From contig NC_086098.1 in the NCBI RefSeq assembly GCF_963921235.1, positions 7,440,001-7,504,000 on the forward strand: DNA of 64,000 nucleotides, read 5' to 3'. A model generated the notes under the pieces. It was not told the origin of the DNA. It made no database searches and saw only the letters and a list, made by a program, of their open reading frames with translations. The position numbers and the translations under genes were made by a program. Below are positions 48,999 to 59,370 of this stretch, one piece after another; position 1 is the stretch's first letter, and each line of letters begins with the position of its first letter. Source of the DNA: Mobula hypostoma (Eukaryota).

Positions 48999-49614
48999 TG
49001 ATTATGAAGACATGTAGTCCTCTTTTATTGTCATTTAGTAATGCATGCATTAAGAAATGATACAATATTTCCTCCGGTGTGATATCACAAAACACAGGAC
49101 AAACCAAGACTGGAAAAACTGACAAAACCACATAACTATACATATAGTTACAACAGTGCAACAATACCATAACTTGATGAAGAAGTCATTGAGCACAGTA
49201 AAGTTCAAAGTTTCTCAAATGTCCCACATCTCACGCAGACGGGAGAAGGAAGAAAAACTATCCCTCCCATACCCGACCACAGTCCGACTCTGAGTCATCC
49301 GATGACTTTGAGCTCTGACCAGCTCTCCGACACCGAGTACTGAGCGCCATCTCTGTCCGAACGATTCGACCTCCTTCTCGGTCGCCAAGAGCAGGCAAGG
49401 CTGGGGATTTTGAGGCCTACCCTCTGAAAGATTCCCGACCACGTAGTAACAACAGCAGCGAACGGGCATTTCAGAAATTTCTCCAGATGTTCCTCTGTGC
49501 TTTCACGTCCATTCTCCATCAAATCAGAATTGTCCACGGCCCCTATTTAACAGATACAATATCATTTTTCACTGGAGGGCTGCGCACGCACGGCGCACTG
49601 CCATCTTCTCCTCC
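48999..49614 (-). mobile_element. Family A copy 5 (short variant)
   Basis: Reverse complement of the family, ending gccatcttctcctcc on the plus strand. Confidence 0.85.
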
Positions 49615-49832
49615 ATGTGCATGATACACATGAATCATAATCTGATGCACCCCACAATGTATTTATAATCATATGACACAATAAATAGAGGTATCTACCT
49701 TAAAGAGAGTATGCAAACAATATATACACATTTACACATCCCTATTACTAAAAAATGGAATATTACACCGCCTATGATGGGAAAGGCACCATAAAGCATA
49801 CCCGAGAGCGCCAGCACAGTTGAGGATCCTTT

Positions 49833-51088
49833 ATAGAAACATAGAAACATAGAAAATAGGTGCAGGAGTAGGCCATTCAGCCCTTCGAGCCTGCACCGCC
49901 ATTTATTATGATCATGGCTGATCATCCAACTCAGAACCCCACCCCAGCCTTCCCTCCATACCCCCTGACCCCCGTAGCCACAAGGGCCATATCTAACTCC
50001 CTCTTAAATATAGCCAATGAACTGGCCTCAACAGTTTCCTGTGGCAGAGAATTCCACAGATTCACCACTCTCTGTGTGAAGAAGTTTTTCCTAATCTCGG
50101 TCCTAAAAGGCTTCCCCTCTATGCTCAAACTGTGACCCCTCGTTCTGGACTTCCCCAACATCGGGAACAATCTTCCTGCATCTAGCCTGTCCAATCCCTT
50201 TAGGATCTTATACGTTTCAATCAGATCCCCCCTCAATCTTCTAAATTCCAACGAGTACAAGCCCAGTTCATCCAGTCTTTCTTCATATGAAAGTCCTGCC
50301 ATCCAAGGAATCAATCTGGTGAACCTTCTTTGTACTCCCACTATGGCAAGGATGTCTTTCCTCAGATTAGGGGACCAAAACTGCACACAATACTCCAGGT
50401 GTGGTCTCACCAAGGCCTTGTACAACTGCAGTAGTACCTCCCTGCTCCTGTACTCGAATCCTCTCACTATAAATGCCAGCATACCATTCGCCTTTTTCAC
50501 CGCCTGCTGTACCTGCATGCCCACTTTCAATGACTGGTGTATAATGACACCCAGGTCTCGTTGCACCTCCCCTTTTCCTAATCGGCCACCATTCAGATAA
50601 TAATCTGTTTTCCTATTTTTGCCACCAAAGTGGATAACTTCACATTTATCCACATTAAATTGCATCTGCCATGAGTTTGCCCACTCACCCAACCTATCCA
50701 AGTCACCCTGCATCCTCTTAGCATCCTCCTCACTGCTAACACTGCCACCCAGCTTTGTGTCATCCGCAAACTTGGAGATGCTGCATTTAATTCCCTCATC
50801 CAAGTCATTAATATATATTGTAAACAACTGGGGTCCCAGCACTGAGCCTTGCGGTACCCCACTAGTCACCGCCTGCCATTCTGAAAAGGTCCCGTTTATT
50901 CCCACTCTTTGCTTCCTGTCTGCTAACCAATTCTCCACCCACACCAATACCTTACCCCCAATACCGTGTGCTTTAAGTTTGCACACTAATCTCCTGTGTG
51001 GGACCTTGTCAAAAGCCTTTTGAAAATCCAAATATACCACATCCACTGGTTCTCCCCTATCCACTCTACTAGTTACATCCTCAAAAAA
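49833..51088 (-). mobile_element. Young 5'-truncated CR1 with an open RT C-terminal frame
   Basis: ORF 49931-51169 from FFEDVT onward is nearly identical to ORF 59860-62412 (YLDFQKAFD, GVPQGSVLGP, FADD). Confidence 0.97.
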
Positions 51089-52164
51089 TGAGGATATACT
51101 GCGGAAGACATTGAAGTGAGTACACTCAGCACAACGACAGCAGAACGAAAAGGCAATGTTTGTGTGCATGTTTGGATTGTGTTTACAGAGTGCTCTTCAT
51201 CACCATCACATGGACACTAAAACATGCAGCGAAATGCGTCGTTGTGTCAAATCAAATCAGCGAGGATTGCGCTCGACAGCCCACAAGTGTCGCCATGCCT
51301 CCAGTTCCATCAAAGCATGTCCAATACTCACTATCCCTAACAGTATACCTTAGGGATGAGGGAGCCTAATGGAGTACCTTGAAGAAACTCACAAGTTCCC
51401 AGGGAGAAGACATAGACTCCAAACAGACAGTTGTGGGAATTGAACTTCGATCTTACATCTAGTGCTGCTATAATGTTACACTAGCCACTACAACACTGTG
51501 CTAGATTTAGGAGAAGCACCTATAATGAAAAGTGATGAGGTAATAGTCATTAACACAAGTGACAAAGAGACTTCAAATTATTTCAAATGTAACCTACACT
51601 GTAATAAGTTACGAAATTATAAGAAAAGTTGTGCAAACAAATAGCAATGCCCATGAAGAGAGCTGAGTATCAGCTCACACCTGCATGCCACTTAAGAGAT
51701 ATGGTTTGGAAACTGATACATTCTCATATGCATTGATCAAATTAACAGACACTAAGGCCATATTAATCGGCCTTTATCAAACCTAAGCATCAGACATTTG
51801 GCACCACTTGTGACCAAGGTCCATAAAAGTTCCAAGCCTTCTCTTCTGTCCCTTGCCCTTAGCGCATCAACCATGTCTTTGGAAGTCAGACTCTTCCATA
51901 GATGGGGAAGGTATGTTGTTGGTGTGTCCCTTCTACCATTTCTGACATGCTCCTGTGCACTCCCCTCCACTTTGAATGTCCGTGTGCCAGAGATTCCCAG
52001 GAATCAATGAAAGAATTGCAACTTCCCTCTGAGGTTGGGTGAGATGAGAACTATAGGTTACTGGTTAAGGGTGAAAGATGAAATGATTTGGGGAACCTGA
52101 GGGGGATCTTCTTCACTCAGGGTGATGAGAGTGTGGAATGAGCTGCCAGTGGAAGTGGTGGATA

Positions 52165-52795
52165 TCAGACTCAGGTTTAATATCATCGGGATATGTCATG
52201 AAATTTTATGTTAGGACATTACAATACATACCTGAATTACAGTAAGTATATATAGATTATAGAGTTAAGGTAAATAAGTAGTACAAAATTAAAAATAATA
52301 AAGCAGTGAGGTGGTGTTCATGGGTTCATTGTCCAATTAGAAATCTGGTGGCAGAGGGGAAGAAGCTGTTCCTGAATCGTTGAGTGTGTGCCTTCAGGCT
52401 TCTGTACCTCCTCCCCGATGGCAGCAGTGAGAACAAGTCATGTCCTGGGTGATGGGGGTCCTTAATGATGGATGCTGCCTTTTTGAGGCATTCTTCCTTG
52501 AAGATGTCCTGGATACTATGGAGGCCAGTGCCAATGATGGAGCTGACTGACTTTACATCTCTCTGCAGCCTGTTTCGATCCTGTGCAGTGCGCCCCCATA
52601 GCAGACAGAGATGCAATCAGTTAGAAAGCTCTCCACGGTACATCTATAGAAATTTGTAAGTGTCTTTGATGACATACCAAATCTCCTCAAATTCCTGATG
52701 AAATGTGGCCACTGTTGTGTCTTCTTTGTGGCTGCATTGATATGTTGGATTCAGGATGGATCTCAGAGGTATTGACAACAAGGCATTTTAAGTTG
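52165..52795 (-). mobile_element. Rex1/Babar-type 3' fragment inserted in a CR1 tail (about 52020-52840)
   Basis: ORF 52326-52616 gives KAASIIKDPHHPGHDLFSLLPSGRRYRSLKAHTQRFRNSFFPSA. Confidence 0.85.
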
Positions 52796-52934
52796 TTTAC
52801 TGGTTCGATTTCAACATTTAAGAGAAATTTGGATAGATATGTGTATTTGGGGTATTTTTGTTTCTCAGTACAGTGATAAAAGTAACCTGCGTTGAGCGTC
52901 TAAATTGCCAACAGAGCTGTTTAAATATTCAGGG

Positions 52935-53400
52935 CAGCACACACTAAATGCTGGGGGAGTTCAGCAGGTCGGGCAGCATCTACAGAGAGGAATAAAGAGC
53001 TGGCATTTTGGCCAATGCTCTTTATCAGGACAGGAAAGGAAGAGGTAAGAAGCCAGAATAAAAAGGTTGGGGCCCAAGCTGGGAAGTGACAGGTGAGACC
53101 AGGACAGGGGGCAGGTGGGAAGCTGGAAGGTGCTAGGTGGAAGAGGTAAAGGGCCGAAGAGGAAGGAATCTGATTGGAGAAGAAAGTGAGCCATGGAAAA
53201 AAGAGGAAAAGGAGAGCACCAGAGGAAGATAAGGAGAAGAATTCATGTGAGAGGGGAAGCAGAATGGAGAAAGGAAAAAAAAAGAAGGGGGAGGGGTGAG
53301 ACATTGGCAGGTTAGAGAAATCGATGTTCATGCTTCAGGGTGGAGGCTACCCTGATGGAATATGTGTTGCTCCTCCAACTTGAGAGTGGCTTCATCCCAG
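52935..53400 (-). mobile_element. Penelope-like 3' fragment, degraded
   Basis: MNIDFSNL at the endonuclease end, and the terminus matches the other copies. Confidence 0.75.
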
Positions 53401-53976
53401 ATATACTTGTCAACTGAGATGTGCTCGCACTGTAAGCATGTACTTCTGTCGAACCAGATATCTCCACCTGTAAATGCTGAGATCAATTATGCAACAGTAA
53501 CTATCGAACAGTATCGCTGCTGATACAGTACTGGGTAAAAGTCTCAGGCACACATATATAAAGGTAGGGTGCCTAAGACCTTTGTCAACATGGAGCAGAG
53601 AGCGAGTTAGTAAATCTGGCAGGAACAAAGGATGTTGGAAATGGCGAGGATGGAGCACCATGGGAGGGGTGTGGGACGGGTCACAGAGAAGGAGTACTGT
53701 GGGCAGGGGGCATGGCACGGGTGCAGACACACCCAGCCCTGAGACACCAGGCAAGGTCATTTAATTTCAAACAATTGGTCATTACAAAATGTCTCTCTGC
53801 TGCTTCCCGCTCCCTCCCCTCTCCCTTCCCCTTTTCCCAGCCATGATTCCCCTCGCCCTGCCCCCTTCCCACTCTCGGTCCACAATAGAGACCCATATCG
53901 GAATCAGGTTTATCATCACTCACATAGGTCATGATTATTTTCAGCAGCAGCAGTACAGTGTAATACATAAAATTAC

Positions 53977-56280
53977 AAACAAGAGAAAATCGACAGATCC
54001 TGGAAATCCAAACAGCACACACAAAATGCTGGAGGAACTCAGCAGGCCAGGCAGCATCTGTGGAAACGAGTACAGTCAACTGTCACGAACCCCGTGATGG
54101 GAATAAAGAACCAGCAGAAATGGGAAACACTTTGGAGTCCAGTATTGCTATTAACTAATATTGTTTATTAGTAACTACACAATACAGTAATATAAAATCA
54201 GATATATAAAACAGGTTAGCAATGATTATATATAAGTAAGTAAATCAGTAAGTGTGGAAATATATATGAAAAACCAAGCTTCTTCAAGTCTAGGGGTGAA
54301 TAGATAGTCTTACGATGATGAATAAAGTTCAGGTCAGTTTGTGGTTTTGAGTTGAGTAGTGATGGAGAGAGAGAGAGGGAGAGATTTGAGCCTTCAGGTG
54401 AGTTGACGCCGTTGATCTTCCCGTTGTCCTCCGAAATTCTTTAAAGATCACCGACTATGACTTCAACAAAGGGGACTGTTTTTCTGTGGTGGAATCATCA
54501 ACCCAGACGAGGGTTGGCCACACAAACAACTCCCCACCAGTCACTCCCTTTTCACACTGTAAGAGCCACTGATCGATCCTCTAAAAGCCCACTTTTTCTG
54601 CGGGCACAACAAAGCTCATTCAGTGTCCAAAAACATGTACCTGAGGTTTATCATCTGACCTCCTATTTATCTCACCGTACTGGGTACCAACTGTCATTCA
54701 AATAACTCCTCCCATCTCTTTGTCTGTGTAAGAGTGTACTAGCAGGCAATGTCCTTGGAGAAAGTATAAACATACTCCAGAGAAACTATAACATTGATTG
54801 TCCATCAAATAACGCCGCCCTCGGGCACCATAGTGATTTACGAGCTGCTCGGTGCCCTCTCTCTCTCCAACTCAGCAGAAATCTAAAAGTTATTCTCAGT
54901 TCCTCCTCGTGCCTTAAAGTGACAGTTTAAAAGTTAGTCTTCATTTCTCTCTCTCTTTTCAAAACAACATGTCAGTGTTAAATAACTCTCCCTCTCTCTC
55001 TCTCTCTTTCAAGAGCACAGTTCATAAGGGTAATCGAGCACAGTTCATAGAGGTAATTTAGGACGCCGTCACACAACATTTCGAGTCAAGACCCTACAGC
55101 AGTACTGGAGGAGAAAAGATGAGGAGAAGATTTAAAAGGTGGAGTGAGGGGAGGGAGAAACACAAGGTAATAGGTGAAACCGGGAGGGGAAGGGATGAAG
55201 TAAAGAATTGGGAAGTTGATTGGTGAAAGAGATACAGGACTGGAGAAGCAGTGTCTGACAGGAGACCAGGGAAGGCCATGGAAGAAAAAGAGGCTGGGGC
55301 CGATGTGCACCAGAGGGAGGTGATGGGCAGGCAAGGAGATGAGGTGAGAGAGGGGAAAGGGGATGGGGAATGGTGAAGGTGGGGGGAGACATTACCAGAA
55401 GTTTGAGAAAGTGATGTTCATGCCATCAGGGTGGAGGATACCCAGATGGAATAGAAGGTGTTGTTCCTCCAACCTGAGTGTGGCCTCATCGCGACATTAG
55501 AGGAGGCCGTGGATAGACATATCAGAATGGGAAAGGGAAGTGGAATTAAAATGGGTGGCCACTGGGAGATCCTGGTTCTTCTGGTGAATGGAGCATAGGT
55601 GCATGGCAAAGCGGTCTCCCAATCTACTTCGAGACACTGATACACGGGAGTCCACACCGGGAGATTCTCCAGGACTTCCTCCATCTCCAATGGGATCCCA
55701 CCACCCCCCCAACTTTCTGCTTTCTGCAGGGATCGCTCCCCAGTCGACTCCCTTGTCCATTTGTCCCTCCCCACTGATCTCCCTCCCTTGCAAGCAGAAT
55801 GTGTGTTACACCTGCCCCTACATCTCCTCCCTCATTCTGACATGTCAGTCCATGGCCTTCTCTACTGTCGCAATAAGGCCACACTCAGGCTGGAGGAACA
55901 ACATCTTATATTCCATCTGGGTAGCCTCCAACCTGATTGCATGGACATCGATTTCTCAAACTTCCAGTAATACCTCCCCTCTCCACTATTCCCCATCCCC
56001 TTTTCCCTCTCTCACCTTGTCACCTTGCTTGCCCATCACCTTCCTCTGGTGCTCTTTCTCCCTTTTCTTCCCCCTTCTAGAGCCATATCTCTTTCACCAA
56101 TCAAATTCCCAGCTCTTTGCTTCATCTCTCCCTCTCCGGATTTCACCTAACACCTTGAGATTCTCTCTCCCCTCCACCCACCTTTTAAATCTACTCCTCA
56201 GCATTTTTTCTCCAGTCCTGCTGAAGAGTCTTGGCCCAAAATGTCGACTGTACTTTTTTTTCATAGATGCTGCCTGGCCT
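53977..56280. mobile_element. Divergent pair of Penelope-like fragments (- to about 55630, + from about 55660)
   Basis: The minus arm encodes RLGDRFAMHL...PVATHFN...HSDMSIHGLL. The plus arm has a CK...CYTCPY linker and LEEQHLIFHLGSLQPD. Each arm ends in a degenerate hammerhead motif. Confidence 0.8.
54081..55073 (-). mobile_element. Solo LTR (993 bp) with 4-bp TSD, Gypsy- or ERV-like
   Basis: TGT...ACA termini. CAAC at 54077-54080 and 55074-55077. Orientation is inferred from minus-strand AATAAA near 54164-54169. Confidence 0.8.
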
Positions 56281-58429
56281 ATATACCTAAGACTTTTGTG
56301 CAGTGCTGTACTATTGTGCTAATAGAGTATATAAAACTTGATGCACCTTGCGTTCAAAAGATCCTTCAGCGAGATTCTACTAAAAGGTGCCCCTGTAACT
56401 CTGAATGAAGACCCATTAGATCTAGAGCTTGATCTCTGTGCAGTTTATTCAATGTCACGACATCAGGTCATGAAGGAATTAGATCTACTGGTGGTATTCA
56501 GGAATTGGCATTACAAACACTAACATCTGTTGGAGTCTTTGGTGACATATTAAGTCTTCTCAAACTCCTATTGAGGTGTAGCTGCTGAGGTGCCTTCTCC
56601 TGTGTTAGATCCTCTGAGATGTTGATGCCCAAGAACTTGAAGCTGTTCACTCTTTCCCCCATTGACCACTCCTGGTGGCTTGCTCTGATATTGGCACAGG
56701 CAATTTGCTGAAAGTCCTCTTTCTTCTTTTCTGTGAATTAAAACAATTTTACAAAAAATAAAGTATTAAGGAATTCTTAGTGTAATTGAAAATATCTCCT
56801 CAGCAAAACTGACCCATCTTTAACGTGATCATGATTGAAGGGATTATGGGAATTGTGTTCAGTGGAAACAGTGAGAGGTTATTTTGATGTTCTCACAGCA
56901 AACTATTGCATGATTGACGGGAAAATATAAGGAGGGAATTTCTTTGGTTTTTCATATATAAAAGTTAGCAACGAGAAAACATATTTATAACAATCATAGG
57001 AGTTTTCATTTCTCTGTTAATCTAATTAATAGCTCTCATAAATTAAGACATATAATGATTCTTTAGAAACAATTATAAATCTAATAACCAGACAAGAGAA
57101 TTCAGATACTATTGAACTCTCATCAACGTTCACAGTTTTCTGTTGCACTGCAGACCGAATGCTTTGTGGAATTGCAGAGTTTTATGAGGGGCAATACTGT
57201 CAAGGTTATCTGTCTTTCATTTCAAAGGCTTGTCTCAAGAGGAAATGAAGTCAGATTTTGCTGGCTTTTCATTTAATAGAGTTTTAGGTTATTAATTTAT
57301 TGCCTTTTATTTTCTGCCTGAAATTTTAATTTTCAAAAAGCTGATGGTTATTTATCTGATATAACAAAACATCAGTAGTTCGCACTTGTGCTAAGAAATT
57401 TTCCTTTGGGAAATATGTAAAATTCTACATGGAAATGTGACAGAATTTTCTTTTAAAAATGAATAGCGTTGCACAGAAACATCTTATCACGATGAGTGCC
57501 CAGAGCAGTAAAATATCTGCATTACCTGGTGTTATGGTCACACTTTTACATTCTATGAAGTTAAGATCACAATATTCTTGTTTGATCATAACAGAATAGA
57601 ACAATCACTGCGTAGAACTCCTCTGTTTGTTCATAACCTTGCTGATCCTCTTTATTTTAATTGGGCTTTACACTCGGTGGCTACGTTATTAGGTACATTT
57701 GTACTCCTGCTTGTTAATGGAAATATCTAATCAGCCAATCAAGTGGCAGCAACTCAATGCATAAGAGCATGCAAACATGGTCAAAGGGTTGAATTGTTGT
57801 TCAGACCAAACATCAAAATGGAAAGAAGTGTGATCTAACTGACTTTGACCGTGGAATGATAGATGGTGTCAGATGGGGTGGTTTGCATAACTCAGAAACT
57901 GCTAATCTCCTGTGATTTTAATGCAAAACAGACTGGTGTGAAAAACACACAAAAAAAATCCAGTAAATAGCAGTTCTGTGGATGAAAACACCTTGTGATT
58001 GAGGGTGACCAGAGGAGAATGGCTAGACTGGTTCAAGCTGACAGGAATGTAACAGTAACTCAGATCGGGCAGTGCAGCGCGGCAGATTTAAAAGGGCTGA
58101 CATCCTGCTTCAGGTTTGATTCGAAGAAGGAGTCTGAGAGTCTGAGTGGGAGTGCCGAGCAAGAGATTTTTGAAATTTTCGTTATTTTTTTTCTCCAACG
58201 GCTTTCTGAGAGGCGGGACTGCGCAGGCGTGTGATGTCGGGCAGTGCAGCGCAGCAGATTTAAAAGGAACAAAGCCTCATAGAGCGGGCAGCGTAGTTTG
58301 CGAGCGGCGGAGTGAGCCGGGAGCAGAGTGAAGACTTAAGGGCTTCGGCTCAACGGGCTTAGGCGGAAGCGGGCGAGGCGAGGAAGGTTTGACATTCATT
58401 TTCTGTTGCTATTTGAGGAGAGGGGCATT

Positions 58430-59365
58430 ATGACTGTGAGGGCAGTTTGCTGTTCTCGGTGTCGGATGTGGGAGGCCCTGGAGTCTCCATGCCTCCCGGA
58501 CGTCTACATCTGCGCCAAGTGCATTGAGATGCAGCTCCTAAGGGACCGCGTTACGGAACTGGAGCTGCAGCTCGATGACCTTCGTCTGGTCAGGGAGAGC
58601 GAGGAGGTGATAGAGAGGAGTGGAAGGCAGGTGGTCACGCCGGGGCCACGGGAGGCAGACAAGTGGGTCATGGTTAGGAGGGGGAAGGGGAAAAGTCAGG
58701 TGATGGGGAGTACCCCGGTGGCTGTGCCCCTTAACAACAGGTACTCCTGTTTGAGTACTGTTGGGGGGGACAGCTTACCCGGGGGAAGCGACAGTGGCCG
58801 TGCCTCCGGCACAGAGTCTGGCCCTGTAGCTCAGAAGGGTAGGGCAAGGAAGAGGAGGGCAGTTGTGATAGGGGACTCGATAGTAAGGGGGTCAGATAGG
58901 CGATTCTGTGGACGCAGTCCAGAGACCCGGATGGTAGTTTGCCTCCCTGGTGCCAGGGTCCGAGATATTTCTGATCGTGTCCAAGATATCCTGAAGTGGG
59001 AGGGTGAGGAGCCAGAGGTCGTGGTACATATAGGTACCAATGATATAGGTAGGAAAAGGGATGAGGTCCTGAAAGGAGAATATAGGGAGCTGGGAAGGGA
59101 GTTGAGAAAAAGGACCGCAAAGGTAGTAATCTCGGGATTACTGCCTGTGCCACGCGACAGTGAGAGTAGGAATGCGATGAGGTGGAGGATAAATGCGTGG
59201 CTGAGGGATTGGAGCAGGGGGCAGGGATTCAAGTTTTTGGATCATTGGGACCTCTTTTGGCGCAGGCGTGACCTGTACAAAAAGGACGGGTTACACTTGA
59301 ATCCTAGGGGGACCAATATCCTGGCAGGGAGATTACCGGGGGCTACTGAGGTGACTTTAAACTAG
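58430..59365 (+). CDS. CR1 ORF1p: zinc finger, coiled coil and SGNH/GDSL esterase-like domain
   Basis: First ATG at 58430. CSRC...CAKC, heptad LRDRVTELELQLDDL, then blocks IGDSIVR, PGA, HIGTND and DGLHLN. Confidence 0.92.
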   Translation: MTVRAVCCSRCRMWEALESPCLPDVYICAKCIEMQLLRDRVTELELQLDDLRLVRESEEVIERSGRQVVTPGPREADKWVMVRRGKGKSQVMGSTPVAVPLNNRYSCLSTVGGDSLPGGSDSGRASGTESGPVAQKGRARKRRAVVIGDSIVRGSDRRFCGRSPETRMVVCLPGARVRDISDRVQDILKWEGEEPEVVVHIGTNDIGRKRDEVLKGEYRELGRELRKRTAKVVISGLLPVPRDSESRNAMRWRINAWLRDWSRGQGFKFLDHWDLFWRRRDLYKKDGLHLNPRGTNILAGRLPGATEVTLN

Positions 59366-59370
59366 AATGG

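Larger units (their letters stand above)
53526..56308. mobile_element. Composite MITE copy C, expanded by nested Penelope-like and LTR insertions
   Basis: Left end TA-cagtactgggtaaaagtctcagg; right end cctaagacttttgtgcagtgctg-TA. Confidence 0.7.

Noticed and set aside
49931..51169. 412-aa ORF as a domesticated reverse transcriptase
   Set aside because: It is a 5'-truncated young CR1 whose frame extends about 27 codons into the flank. It lacks the RT N-terminus.
53405..53470. Possible small minus-strand exon after catttacag
   Set aside because: Weak pyrimidine tract and donor site, and no recognisable peptide in any frame.
55588..56322. 244-aa ORF
   Set aside because: Off-frame, low-complexity reading of a Penelope-like 3' region.
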